20,000 nt of DNA, from the IMG/VR virus record IMGVR_UViG_3300021405_000011. The stretch is one strand, 5' to 3'. The DNA comes from an uncultured virus (IMG/VR IMGVR_UViG_3300021405_000011) (taxonomy: Duplodnaviria; Heunggongvirae; Uroviricota; Caudoviricetes). Below, piece by piece: positions 1 to 8,593 of this stretch. The number at the start of each line of letters is the position of its first letter. Within the stretch, counting starts at the first letter, position 1. The position numbers and the translations under genes are program-made. The notes under the pieces are model-generated. The model had not been told where the DNA came from, did no database searches, and worked only from the letters and a program-made list of their open reading frames with translations.

Positions 1-87
1 ATAATGCCGATTCGGACAGGAAAGCCACTCGCCTGTACAATCGGGAACCATTCGTTGTAAACATTTCGGACAAATTGGGCCGCTCAT
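1..87 (-). CDS. Partial small zinc-ribbon protein (runs off window)
   Basis: Hand translation MSGPICPKCLQRMVPDCTGEWLSCPNRHY...; CxxC and CxxxH; GGTGGAG upstream of ATG. Confidence 0.55.
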   Translation of the reverse strand, partial: MSGPICPKCLQRMVPDCTGEWLSCPNRHY

Positions 88-120
88 CGCTTGCGCTCCA
101 CCACTCGCGGATTAACTATA

Positions 121-435
121 TCATACACAATCATAACTCTTCCCATCCTTCCATTTGAAAGAGAGGTCGCAGGTGAGACAATGCCAGTGGCCTAAGTTAA
201 GTTTAGCGGGACCATAACCTATTAAGCAGGGTTTACGCCCGCTGTCACCTCGATTGGTAAATATTGGCCCTTCACTGGCTAACCTTCCACGTTTACCACA
301 ATTAGGACACCCATTCGGCTTGTAACCCTTGTCGAGCCAGTGGGTATGGAAACCGGGACAGGAGCCGGTGTTGGATTCCCGCAGAGCTGTACCTAATCCA
401 GCCGACAATAGCTCGTTGTAGCGTTTGGTGGCCAT
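121..435 (-). CDS. Cys-rich (Zn-finger-like) hypothetical protein
   Basis: CPNC and CLTC motifs; ATG directly follows the upstream TAG (TAGATG coupling). Confidence 0.65.
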   Translation of the reverse strand: MATKRYNELLSAGLGTALRESNTGSCPGFHTHWLDKGYKPNGCPNCGKRGRLASEGPIFTNRGDSGRKPCLIGYGPAKLNLGHWHCLTCDLSFKWKDGKSYDCV

Positions 436-579
436 CTATTTCCCTACCGTCTCCCATAATTTGATTACCAGAATGAACAGAAATATGGCTGCTTGGAACG
501 GAAAGAAGAATTTCCACACAAATTTACAGTAGAAACAGTTTTTATCCTCACAAGGTCCAATCCAGTCCCGTATGCTCAT
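436..579 (-). CDS. 47-aa membrane microprotein with Cys cluster
   Basis: Hand translation MSIRDWIGPCEDKNCFYCKFVWKFFFPFQAAIFLFILVIKLWETVGK; TAGATG junctions at both ends. Confidence 0.65.
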   Translation of the reverse strand: MSIRDWIGPCEDKNCFYCKFVWKFFFPFQAAIFLFILVIKLWETVGK

Positions 580-895
580 CTATCTCCCCTTTGCTGTCAG
601 CGATTTAATCTTAAACCTCAACCAACTATTCACTTTCTTCCAGCGTTCGTGGGGAGTAGCGGTCTCGGGGATGGAGTCGTTTACCCTAGCAACTTCATCC
701 AGCAGGGCATCGTTTACCACCGCGCCGGGATTATCGGCCCAAAAGGCTCCCATGGCGCAGTGTTGGCCATTCTTGTGGAGCTTGCCAAAGATTAATTCTC
801 GGCGTTTAGCTACGGAATCACGGATAAGGAATAGTGTCGTGTCATCCGGGAGTGCGGTTTCCCATGGCTTCGCGTTTATACAGTAACTTACTCAT
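580..895 (-). pseudogene. Frameshifted ~104-aa hypothetical gene (pseudogene, sequence error or recoding)
   Basis: Strong RBS GGAGGGAGAG + ATG at 895 gives only 17 aa; the +1 frame continues protein-like (ETALPDDTTLFLIRDSVAKRRELIFGKLH...) to TAG at 580; span 316 nt = 3n+1. Confidence 0.6.
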
Positions 896-918
896 GTTCT
901 CTCCCTCCAACTTGATGG

Positions 919-948
919 ATGTTACCCTAACCTACGAATATTTGTCAA
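919..948 (-). promoter_or_regulatory. Possible sigma70-type leftward promoter
   Basis: TTGACA (948-943) - 18 nt - TAACAT (924-919), just upstream of the 895 start. Confidence 0.4.
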
Positions 949-1113
949 GTGGATTCCATCAGTCACTTTTAATTCTCCTGTAACACTAGAAATGGGGAGT
1001 ATGATAGTCTGGTGTCGCCGCAGGCCAGCGGCCCGTCCCGTCAACGGTACGGATTTGAGACACGGGCAGTCGCCGCTCCAAGGGGCTGCCCGATGTCTAC
1101 CTTGGAGCACTAA

Positions 1114-2046
1114 ATGTCCCTTCCACATCAACGATTTCTCATCAACAACGTATGGCCCGCAGAAGAAGTACACCTCATCGGCGGTCCCTCAGGTTCAGGT
1201 AAGACACGATTCATCTTCCAACTCATCCTAAAATGGTCCAGAGGGGAACCTTTCCATAAACATGACTGTCATCCCATGCCCTTCGCCTACGTCTCCTGTG
1301 ACCGTTCCCTTGATTCCGTGAAACGCACACTGGATAACCTCAGTATCCCCCTCGATTCCTTCCCCATGTTCTCCGATGTAGACGATAAGCTGAACAATTT
1401 AGAGTGCATCATCAACAAAATTCGCACTCTCCAGCCTACTACCGAAGTCATCTTCATCGACGGTTTTATATCTCTCCTTCCCGGCGGCAAAATCAACGAC
1501 TACGGTGTTGTTTCCAACTGGCTAAAGGACCTCAATCGTCTCTGTAAACGTCTCCACATCACCATCATAGGTATCGTCCATACCACCAAGACCAAGGAAG
1601 GTGAGGCTTACCTGAATCCACGGGAGCAAATTATCGGCTCCACGGCCTTCGCTGGGTTTGCGGATGCTATTATCGTCCTTCGCCCCATAGATGTGGAAGA
1701 GACCACCACCAAACGCCGCCGTCTCTACATCCTTTCCCGCACCGGAGCCGCAGAACAGTTCGATTATGAATTCAACGATAAGGGTGAAATCCACCCTGTT
1801 GAATCCCTCCCTCCCGACGAGCCAGGTATCAGAGCCCGTTCCTATATTCTCAATCTCCCCCAAGGTTCCGTTTTCACCTATGAGGAGGTAGTAGGATTGG
1901 GTAAAATAAGTCGTGCCCAAACCTTCCGCATCCTTGGTGACCTTCAACGAAAAGGATTCATTGAACGTGTAGGGAAAGGTGAGTATACAACCCTCAAGGA
2001 ATCTTCCTCCAGAACCCCGCTCACCCTAACATTTGACGTAAACTAA
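1114..2046 (+). CDS. RepA/AAA_25-type (RecA-fold) replicative helicase-like ATPase with probable C-terminal winged HTH
   Basis: Walker A GPSGSGKT, Walker B VIFIDG, IIGIVHTTK and GSTAFAGFAD motifs; C-terminal ISRAQTFRILGDLQRKGFIERVGKGEY resembles wHTH. Confidence 0.85.
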   Translation: MSLPHQRFLINNVWPAEEVHLIGGPSGSGKTRFIFQLILKWSRGEPFHKHDCHPMPFAYVSCDRSLDSVKRTLDNLSIPLDSFPMFSDVDDKLNNLECIINKIRTLQPTTEVIFIDGFISLLPGGKINDYGVVSNWLKDLNRLCKRLHITIIGIVHTTKTKEGEAYLNPREQIIGSTAFAGFADAIIVLRPIDVEETTTKRRRLYILSRTGAAEQFDYEFNDKGEIHPVESLPPDEPGIRARSYILNLPQGSVFTYEEVVGLGKISRAQTFRILGDLQRKGFIERVGKGEYTTLKESSSRTPLTLTFDVN

Positions 2047-2050
2047 ACCT

Positions 2051-2305
2051 CAGTCTCATCGGAGCCAGCGTATGCACTCCCCCCATAGGGGGTGGGTGGA
2101 TGAGACTTTGGAAGAGTACGTGCTTATAAACCCTTACATATGTATAGTTTATAGTCTCTTGAGACCAGTCTCATGTCAGTCTCATGTGGTCTCATAGGGG
2201 GATGAGACTTTGGATGAGACTGTGTGTAAGTACAGTAGAATGTAAGGGATAAGTGGTGTCAGTCTCATCGCCGCCCCCCTCCATGGGAGGACCCCCATGA
2301 GACTG
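2051..2305. repeat. Iteron-like AGTCTCAT/ATGAGACT cluster, probable replication origin
   Basis: 8 exact copies (2052, 2100, 2167, 2178, 2202, 2214, 2261, 2297) plus variants (2153, 2159, 2188), both orientations, with an AT-rich patch near 2125-2152, directly after the helicase gene. Confidence 0.75.
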
Positions 2306-2325
2306 AAATAAGTCCTTTGTTTCTG

Positions 2326-2550
2326 CTATCCCTTTTTCTTGTCCAAAAACTCTCTCAGGGTTTCCTTGGGAATGTTAACCGGCAGAGAGGATAACTTATC
2401 TGCGAGTTTGTGCTTGTACTCCTCCGGCATTCCGGGTTCGACAACTAGTGTCACAGCGTCTTCTCCGTCCCAGAACACCACGGCAACAGGCTCCAATCCA
2501 TAGGACGAAACTTCCTCTACAACTTTTTGAGAAAGCCAGTCGATATCCAT
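2326..2550 (-). CDS. Hypothetical protein
   Basis: ORF track 2326-2583; start more likely MDIDWLSQ at 2550, next to the upstream stop. Confidence 0.6.
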   Translation of the reverse strand: MDIDWLSQKVVEEVSSYGLEPVAVVFWDGEDAVTLVVEPGMPEEYKHKLADKLSSLPVNIPKETLREFLDKKKG

Positions 2551-2551
2551 C

Positions 2552-3049
2552 TCAGTCGTCCCCCGAATGCCCGGTCGCATCACTCACACTCTCAGGTAGG
2601 GGAGTGGGAGTACCAGCGTCCACTTTAGGCGTCTCGGGGGCTAACACTCCCTTTGGGCAGTCCCATCTAATCCGGTCACGGGTGACAGTACGTTTCTCAT
2701 AGACCACCGGCACCTCCTCCTCCACGGTTTCCTGTCCTACCACCACACGTTCACATACCTGTTCTCTACCCCAGAGAGCCTCCAGTGTCAGTAGTCCAAA
2801 TTTCCTGGAGAGGACGAAGTAACTATCCCCTAACACTTCCTTCTTACACGTACCGAAGAGTTTGGCTATACGTGGGAGGTCCTCGGCCTTACGGGCGAAG
2901 ATATTGAGTTCCGCCCGGTAGGGTAGCTCCAGTTCAGGACGCTCACGATAGAACTCGGCTAGTTCTATAAGACCGTTGATGAAATCTTCTCTAGTTGTTT
3001 CCTTCATGTTGTCCTTCCTTTCTCTCATTTGGTCTAGCATCATACTCAC
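2552..3049 (-). CDS. Hypothetical phage protein
   Basis: 165-aa ORF packed within the leftward operon. Confidence 0.7.
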   Translation of the reverse strand: MSMMLDQMRERKDNMKETTREDFINGLIELAEFYRERPELELPYRAELNIFARKAEDLPRIAKLFGTCKKEVLGDSYFVLSRKFGLLTLEALWGREQVCERVVVGQETVEEEVPVVYEKRTVTRDRIRWDCPKGVLAPETPKVDAGTPTPLPESVSDATGHSGDD

Positions 3050-3374
3050 TCTTGTACTCCCGAATATGTTCCATCACCATTTGTGACCAGTCTTTCATGG
3101 CTGTGATGGCTCGTAATACGGGCTCACGTTGCTGCGAGTCAGTCAACTGACAGTTTAGTGTCTCCCCGCCATCCACGAGGTCCAGAGCACACGCGCCACA
3201 AACGGGCAGACAATCCTTAGGAACATCTTTCTCAAAGGTAAGGGGATTGATGGCGATATTCCCATGACACACGAAACATTCCCGTTTGAGGGCTCCTTGT
3301 CTGTCCCTTACCAACAAAGGAATAGTCTTCCATGGCACACACACGAGAAATCTGACTTCCTTAATCTTGTCCAT
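2991..3374 (-). CDS. Zn-finger-like hypothetical protein
   Basis: CFVC...CGAC; GGAGG RBS; overlaps neighbours. Confidence 0.7.
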   Translation of the reverse strand: MDKIKEVRFLVCVPWKTIPLLVRDRQGALKRECFVCHGNIAINPLTFEKDVPKDCLPVCGACALDLVDGGETLNCQLTDSQQREPVLRAITAMKDWSQMVMEHIREYKSEYDARPNERKEGQHEGNN

Positions 3375-3660
3375 TGTTATCCTCCAGTTTGAATTTGGAA
3401 ATCAGTCTCTCCAAAGCCACACGTGGACTATTACTCCCAGGTCCATTCTCCGCCACCTCCACCGCCAAATCCTCCTCGTCGTTCTCGATACAGAGGGAGA
3501 CGCCCAGTCCACTCAATTCCTCAGCCGTGAACCTGTAGCCCTTGTCTAAAATGGCCCTAACCTTAGGCCCCAACTTGATATCCACGTCAGCCGTGATGGC
3601 CCTACGCCTACCGTCTGGACGCAGATATTGTGTTAGAGGTACCTCTACTGTAGTTTTCAC
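3361..3660 (-). CDS. Hypothetical protein
   Basis: Likely GTG start at 3660 after AAGGGAG; C-terminal part of track ORF 3361-3783. Confidence 0.65.
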   Translation of the reverse strand: MKTTVEVPLTQYLRPDGRRRAITADVDIKLGPKVRAILDKGYRFTAEELSGLGVSLCIENDEEDLAVEVAENGPGSNSPRVALERLISKFKLEDNNGQD

Positions 3661-3673
3661 GATATTTCTCCCT

Positions 3674-3886
3674 TTACTTCCTTTTCTCCCTAAACTGTTT
3701 TGGCACTGGATACGGCCTCCCAGCACACTTAAAACACGCCGGTTTGTACTCCCCACGAGGGACGTTATCCTCCCGGCGGCCATATTGAGCGTCCGGAGTA
3801 CCGCAGAAGTGGCAGGTATCCTCTCTGGATGCCACTCCCAGTGGCTTTCTAGCCCCTACAGCCGTCCTCCTAGCCCGGATGACCAT
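3674..3886 (-). CDS. Small Zn-finger-like protein
   Basis: CHFC...CFKC. Confidence 0.6.
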   Translation of the reverse strand: MVIRARRTAVGARKPLGVASREDTCHFCGTPDAQYGRREDNVPRGEYKPACFKCAGRPYPVPKQFREKRK

Positions 3887-3947
3887 ATTTTACCTTCCCA
3901 GCGCCAGAATGCCTCTCAGCCACAGGGCTAGGGCCAAGAATGGGGTA

Positions 3948-4382
3948 TTAGTGAGGCTCCCCAACCACCAAATCCCTAATCTCCTCCCTCACTCTCATCA
4001 AAATCTTCCCTAGATGATTCTGCCCTATCCCATTCACCGTCCCCCAGAATGCATCCCCCCACCAGTTACCTTCCTGTATCTCCTCATCTCCAGTATCCAA
4101 AAGCATCCCACGTAATGGTTCACTAGAGAACTTTTGGAGTACCAAACTCTCCATTACCCTAAGTTTCTCCTTCTCCCAATCCGGTCTCATTTTGACTATC
4201 CTACCCAACCGTTTAGCCTCGGACGCCTTAATATTCTCGAATCTGATACAGTCATGGATATCCGCACACTTCGCTGCCTGATAGGCGTTCTCCACGGATG
4301 GATAAGGAACTCCATGCCAGTAGACGTAACAGGACCAGAAGTTGGAGAGGAATCGGAATTTCCCTGTTAGTTCGCCAATCAC
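3948..4382 (-). CDS. NADAR (YbiA-like) family protein
   Basis: FLSNF, YPSVENAYQAAK, AKRLGR, KF...L...LLDTG, EGNWWGDAFWG, GQNHLGKILMRVR signatures. Confidence 0.9.
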   Translation of the reverse strand: MIGELTGKFRFLSNFWSCYVYWHGVPYPSVENAYQAAKCADIHDCIRFENIKASEAKRLGRIVKMRPDWEKEKLRVMESLVLQKFSSEPLRGMLLDTGDEEIQEGNWWGDAFWGTVNGIGQNHLGKILMRVREEIRDLVVGEPH

Positions 4383-4715
4383 TTAGTTCTCCCCCTTAGC
4401 CGTCACCTTATTCGCCGCGAGTCCGATGACGTAACCCAACTTAACCAAATTGAACAACGTATCCTCCATCCCCATAATCCCCTTGTTATGCCCCATCAAG
4501 GTCCCTGTCACCAATATCTTGAGGAACATATCCCCTTCCCTCTCGTCCTTCACCACTCCCAATCCCACCAATATCTCGGGTATGGTCGCGGACATCTTGA
4601 CCATCCTCGACTCACCAAAGGACACCTTTTCCTTGGAGACCGTACTCCCACTAATTTCACTGAATTTAGCGTACATAGCGGCCAAACGTTCCCCGGTCAG
4701 TCCTGTTACGTCCAT
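4383..4715 (-). CDS. Hypothetical protein
   Basis: 110-aa ORF, GGAGG RBS, abuts NADAR start. Confidence 0.7.
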   Translation of the reverse strand: MDVTGLTGERLAAMYAKFSEISGSTVSKEKVSFGESRMVKMSATIPEILVGLGVVKDEREGDMFLKILVTGTLMGHNKGIMGMEDTLFNLVKLGYVIGLAANKVTAKGEN

Positions 4716-4718
4716 TTG

Positions 4719-4904
4719 TTACCTCCCTTGTCCCCATTTCCACTCCTTCGTACATCCCTCCCGTTCCAACTTAAACCTCTCGTCGATATCCTCCCGGTGC
4801 CACAAACTAATTGCCTGTCTATTTCCACACCTGGGGCATCCCTTGCTCACGTTCTTCCTGTCCTGAAACTCTCCACAATTTGGACAGTGGATATCAAAGG
4901 GCAT
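4719..4904 (-). CDS. Small zinc-ribbon protein
   Basis: MPFDIHCPNCG...CPRCG; start chosen at 4904. Confidence 0.65.
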   Translation of the reverse strand: MPFDIHCPNCGEFQDRKNVSKGCPRCGNRQAISLWHREDIDERFKLEREGCTKEWKWGQGR

Positions 4905-4906
4905 GG

Positions 4907-5023
4907 TCACGCCCCATATCCCGGCGGTATCTCCACTGGATGATGGCACGCACACACACAGTTTAGGGAGAAACACTGTCTATGTTTCCCAAACAAACAA
5001 GGCCGGGAGAATCCATCTACCAT
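4907..5023 (-). CDS. Small Cys/His-rich protein
   Basis: MVDGFSRPCLFGKHRQCFSLNCVCACHH; AAGGGAG RBS before 5023. Confidence 0.55.
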   Translation of the reverse strand: MVDGFSRPCLFGKHRQCFSLNCVCACHHPVEIPPGYGA

Positions 5024-5069
5024 TTTTCTCCCTTTACTGGCCCCACGTTTACGACCTCTCCCTGTCCCT

Positions 5070-5558
5070 TTAGGCGTCACGTCGATGTAACCCAGTCCGT
5101 ATATTAGCCGTCTGGTGGACAAACCTCTTCACCATCCCACCGCTATGGGAGTTATCCGGTTTAGTGGCCTTCCCCCTCCACGTCCCGAGTCGTGAGCACT
5201 TCGGTTGCGCCTTCAACTTATACTCCCCAGGTTCAAACATACTTCCACGGTCAAAGGACACGACTTCCCTACTGACAGCCTCAGGGACCTTATACCTCAC
5301 AGCCTCCGCCCCCTTAATCACATAAGCCGTACTGGCCGATATGATTACACTCGTCGCGTGTTCCTGTCTCTTCACCGCCGTCGCCATGGCACACTCGTTA
5401 TGGTCCTTCTTTTTACTTACCTTCTCGTCCCTATCCGTCACAGTGACAATTAAATCATCGTCCGCGTCCCTAACACTCGTTACTCCAGGGACAAACTTCC
5501 GGATGACTCCCAATGCTATCCTCCCGATACCATTCTTTCTCACCTTACGTTTAGACAT
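5070..5558 (-). CDS. Hypothetical basic protein
   Basis: 162-aa ORF, AGGAG RBS, TAATG overlap with upstream gene. Confidence 0.75.
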   Translation of the reverse strand: MSKRKVRKNGIGRIALGVIRKFVPGVTSVRDADDDLIVTVTDRDEKVSKKKDHNECAMATAVKRQEHATSVIISASTAYVIKGAEAVRYKVPEAVSREVVSFDRGSMFEPGEYKLKAQPKCSRLGTWRGKATKPDNSHSGGMVKRFVHQTANIRTGLHRRDA

Positions 5559-6058
5559 TATCCATTCTCCTTTAGGTTATCTTCCTCACCAATGGCCCGT
5601 TTTACCTTTTCCTTAAGTAATTCTCCAGCGTCATCAGCCCCAAGGGTAATACTAGTGAACCCTCCCTCCGTCCTTGTAACTGTCTTAGTATCAGCCAGTT
5701 CCAACGCATGAGCCGCCGCTTCCATCTTCCCCAACTCATGCAACGCCTCAATCGGCCCACCCTCCGTAATCCCCACACGTCTCACCATATCCACCACTAT
5801 CTGAGCCGCGTCATATCCATTATCGCGGTTATACCAAGTGGCATCGAAACTCACATCACTCGTCAGGTCCACTTTCATCACTCTACCCTTGAGGTAATCA
5901 AAGTATGCTCCCTTCAGTAACAGTTCCCTAGCCTCCTTCTCCTCCATATTATTTGGGTCATACTGGAGGAATCCCATCCCTTGTGGACGTGCAGCATTGT
6001 ATAAGGCAGCCAACACACTCGCCTTGTCCAATCCCTCTATGTTGACCATCATTTTCAT
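5558..6058 (-). CDS. Hypothetical phage protein
   Basis: 166 aa, GGGAGAG RBS; LAALYNAARPQGMGFL and FDYLKGRVMKVDL segments look like a conserved family; function unknown. Confidence 0.75.
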   Translation of the reverse strand: MKMMVNIEGLDKASVLAALYNAARPQGMGFLQYDPNNMEEKEARELLLKGAYFDYLKGRVMKVDLTSDVSFDATWYNRDNGYDAAQIVVDMVRRVGITEGGPIEALHELGKMEAAAHALELADTKTVTRTEGGFTSITLGADDAGELLKEKVKRAIGEEDNLKENG

Positions 6059-6111
6059 TATTACTCTCCCTTACCCCTACAAATATCACAGTTACTAGAT
6101 GCTGTCAACAC

Positions 6112-6375
6112 TCATTTCGATTCATTCCATCCACGATAACTATCCAGATGACTCTCCTTATCCCTCTGATTAATCGGTCTCATCCTCTCAGCAAACGCCC
6201 AAGCCTCTTCCGAATGGTCCAATCCCAAGAACACGGTACTCACCGTCCACTTGCCAACCTTAGTAAGCGCCACTCTCCTCTTATCCCCATCCTCAAACCA
6301 TCTCCCCCAAGTCAGCAAATCCTTCTCCACTACTGGCTTGTGGCCCTTCAGAATATATTTATTCATCATTCCCAT
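6112..6375 (-). CDS. Hypothetical phage protein
   Basis: 87 aa with VSTVFLGLDH segment; GGGAG RBS. Confidence 0.7.
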   Translation of the reverse strand: MGMMNKYILKGHKPVVEKDLLTWGRWFEDGDKRRVALTKVGKWTVSTVFLGLDHSEEAWAFAERMRPINQRDKESHLDSYRGWNESK

Positions 6376-6598
6376 GGTTTCTCCCTTTCCTCCATTTAAT
6401 AGCCGCCAGTCTCAACCCCTCCGCTTGCGGCCCATCAAATTTCTTCCTCTTTACTCCACTCACCCTATTCGATATCTCCAGCGCACATATCCCGCACACG
6501 TCCGCCTTATCCCCGCTACTACTCACTATCGGACTCACCAACTCCTCCGGGTATAGCCAGGTACACACGCTACATGGCGTTAACTTTGTGTCAGTCAT
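6359..6598 (-). CDS. Zn-finger-like protein
   Basis: CSVC...CGIC; ATGA overlap. Confidence 0.7.
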   Translation of the reverse strand: MTDTKLTPCSVCTWLYPEELVSPIVSSSGDKADVCGICALEISNRVSGVKRKKFDGPQAEGLRLAAIKWRKGRNHGNDE

Positions 6599-6738
6599 CT
6601 CTTCCTTCTCTCCACCTCGTACCTGTTCTCCTTAAATGCCCTACTAACCGTATCCCTAACGAATACGGCCACACTTCTCTTGGGTAGCCACTTTGTCAGT
6701 GGTATTCTCTTCCTTTGTACCCTCACCACTCTCCACAT
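6595..6738 (-). CDS. Small basic protein
   Basis: MWRVVRVQRK start after GGGAGAGG. Confidence 0.55.
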   Translation of the reverse strand: MWRVVRVQRKRIPLTKWLPKRSVAVFVRDTVSRAFKENRYEVERRKR

Positions 6739-6740
6739 GT

Positions 6741-7022
6741 TTACCTCTCCCTCGTCACTATCACCAAATTCCCCACTATCCCATCCGCTGGCCACCGTCC
6801 ATATATCTCGGTAGCCTTCCGGTTCAAGGGTAGCCCCTTCAACTTCCCTTCCTCATTTACATAAGCCTGATTATGACCATTCCCCGGCGGGAGATAAATC
6901 AACTCAATATACCCCTCCACTAACCCCTGTAACTCCTTCAAACTAAACTTCTTACCGTCTTTGGGATTCACTAGAGTATCCGTCCCATCCGGGTAGATTA
7001 CTCGTGCTATCTGTCTCTTCAT
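6741..7022 (-). CDS. DUF3846-like protein
   Basis: SLKELQGLVEGYIE...YVNEEGKLKGLPLNRKAT...IVGNLVIV pattern; ATGA overlap at 7019-7022. Confidence 0.75.
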   Translation of the reverse strand: MKRQIARVIYPDGTDTLVNPKDGKKFSLKELQGLVEGYIELIYLPPGNGHNQAYVNEEGKLKGLPLNRKATEIYGRWPADGIVGNLVIVTRER

Positions 7023-7234
7023 CGTCCTACCTTCCCTCCATTCTTCCCATTTGTCCCCGCGATATATCCCAGCCACCTGTCATACTTAAACGCACTGTTC
7101 TGACTCTTACAGAAGTCAGCCAGCATCTCTATCGCTGCTGGTGTCAGTGCCTCATGTGCGCGGTTAGGGTGACTAGTTTTGCGATTGAACTCTCGAATCG
7201 CATCCGCCAGAGCTATTAACACTTTCTTTGTCAT
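7019..7234 (-). CDS. Hypothetical phage protein
   Basis: 71 aa, GGGAGG RBS. Confidence 0.7.
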   Translation of the reverse strand: MTKKVLIALADAIREFNRKTSHPNRAHEALTPAAIEMLADFCKSQNSAFKYDRWLGYIAGTNGKNGGKVGR

Positions 7235-7244
7235 TCTTTCCTCC

Positions 7245-7379
7245 CTATGGCCGGACAGCCGATGATGCCCAATGGATACCCATAGCTACCAATACTATAC
7301 TAACTATACCTATTACTACTATAGTAGATATAGCTATAGTTCCATTTAATACTGACAATCTCTGTTCCCGTTCGCTCAA
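7245..7379 (-). CDS. 44-aa single-pass membrane microprotein
   Basis: TTG start overlapping upstream TGA, GGAGG RBS; MSEREQRLSVLNGTIAISTIVVIGIVSIVLVAMGIHWASSAVRP. Confidence 0.6.
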   Translation of the reverse strand: MSEREQRLSVLNGTIAISTIVVIGIVSIVLVAMGIHWASSAVRP

Positions 7380-7585
7380 CTCACCCCTCCATCTCTGGTC
7401 ACTAACCCAACTTCCCTATCGAATGGCCCTACAACTACAGTACCGATATCCCCATTCCAATGGATATCCACAATACTGGACCTCAAGTGTTTCTTTACTT
7501 CCTTCAACAATGACCTCTCGTCAATCACCCTCACCCGGCCACTGTATTTATCCCTCCCCACCTCAATTAAGTTATAAGATTGCAT
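7376..7585 (-). CDS. Hypothetical protein
   Basis: 69 aa, GGAG RBS. Confidence 0.65.
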   Translation of the reverse strand: MQSYNLIEVGRDKYSGRVRVIDERSLLKEVKKHLRSSIVDIHWNGDIGTVVVGPFDREVGLVTRDGGVS

Positions 7586-7760
7586 CCTTTAGCTCCTCCT
7601 TCTTCCGCCAAGTACCGGGACGTTTCAGGCCAATTGTTCCGTCGGCTAACTCATACCGAAGGAATTTCTGACCTAGCCGTGTCACGACCTCACCCTTTTT
7701 AACCTGTTCCACGGTCCCATCATCGGCAATGACCTCGTACTTTATTCGTGGTCTACTCAT
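7572..7760 (-). CDS. Hypothetical protein
   Basis: 62 aa, GAGG RBS, overlaps neighbours. Confidence 0.65.
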   Translation of the reverse strand: MSRPRIKYEVIADDGTVEQVKKGEVVTRLGQKFLRYELADGTIGLKRPGTWRKKEELKDAIL

Positions 7761-7938
7761 ATAAGATATTTACCTCTCTTTTGTCAATACGAATATACAG
7801 ATGCTCCAAAGTATCCACACGATTCAACTCGTGAACACTCCCTTGGATACCCTCAACCACGAGGATACCCACAGTAGGATTCACTTTACCTTCCCCCCTC
7901 GTTCTCCCACCTCTCCACGTCCTCATCCTCCTTATCAA
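7753..7938 (-). CDS. Hypothetical protein
   Basis: ORF fills the gap in the operon; start uncertain. Confidence 0.5.
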   Translation of the reverse strand: MIRRMRTWRGGRTRGEGKVNPTVGILVVEGIQGSVHELNRVDTLEHLYIRIDKREVNILYE

Positions 7939-8168
7939 TAATCGTCAACCGCATCCGCCCCCGCTTCTCCCATCAACTCAATGGCCCTCGCAATCCCGCC
8001 ACCTGAGATAATGGACTCCCCTATCCCCACACCAAAATGGATAAGGACCTTCATCAAAGCGGTCCCAGCCACTACCGCCGCCGCAAGAACGAAGTACCAC
8101 AACAAGAAACGGTACAGTTTCTTGTTCATTCTAATGACTTTATACTTTGCCTTGAACTTTGTCCCCAT
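7935..8168 (-). CDS. Small membrane protein
   Basis: Hydrophobic FLLWYFVLAAAVVAGTALMKVLIHFGVGI. Confidence 0.65.
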   Translation of the reverse strand: MGTKFKAKYKVIRMNKKLYRFLLWYFVLAAAVVAGTALMKVLIHFGVGIGESIISGGGIARAIELMGEAGADAVDDY

Positions 8169-8295
8169 TCTCCCTTTTACCTCTCTCCCTCTCCACGAGA
8201 GTCGAAATGGTGAACACTATCTCTCCCACAACCATAGCAATCACCGTTATCCTCGATACCAGTTCTTCCAGTAGCCCCGGTATTCCTTCATTCAT
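8140..8295 (-). CDS. 51-aa probable membrane microprotein
   Basis: MNEGIPGLLEELVSRITVIAMVVGEIVFTISTLVERERGK...; fills the operon gap. Confidence 0.45.
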   Translation of the reverse strand: MNEGIPGLLEELVSRITVIAMVVGEIVFTISTLVERERGKRENGDKVQGKV

Positions 8296-8518
8296 GTCCA
8301 ATAGCCACATGTTTCCCTCCCTTCGGTATGGGCTCCTCTACGTCCCATGTCGGGTACTTTTCAAATAGCCGACTGGCAGGCGGCAACATAATCGCCACAT
8401 TCTCATGGTCCGCCCTCAAGAAAGCGTCCGCAAACGCTCTCAGAAAGTGTCCACTCTCATGTGGATGACCATTGACCACGTTACGTGCCCAACGGTAGAC
8501 GACATATTCGTTTACCAT
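8288..8518 (-). CDS. Hypothetical phage protein
   Basis: 76 aa, AGGAGG RBS; GHFLRAFADAFLRAD segment. Confidence 0.7.
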   Translation of the reverse strand: MVNEYVVYRWARNVVNGHPHESGHFLRAFADAFLRADHENVAIMLPPASRLFEKYPTWDVEEPIPKGGKHVAIGHE

Positions 8519-8589
8519 TTCACCCTCCTCATAGTGACCGCCAACCCAAAAAAGATAACCGTCACTATCACTAACATATCCATCGGCAT
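8512..8589 (-). CDS. 25-aa membrane microprotein
   Basis: MPMDMLVIVTVIFFGLAVTMRRVKW; its tail carries the next gene's RBS. Confidence 0.55.
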   Translation of the reverse strand: MPMDMLVIVTVIFFGLAVTMRRVKW

Positions 8590-8593
8590 AGGC

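Noticed and set aside
857..863. Programmed -1 frameshift at G-GGA-AAC
   Set aside because: The -1 frame stops within about 16 codons; the long frame is +1
493..886. + strand ORFs 493-795 and 572-886
   Set aside because: Antisense to a coupled - strand operon with TAGATG junctions
6080..6108. Internal promoter TTGACA (- strand, 6108-6103)
   Set aside because: -10 match is weak (TATTTG); not enough support to call
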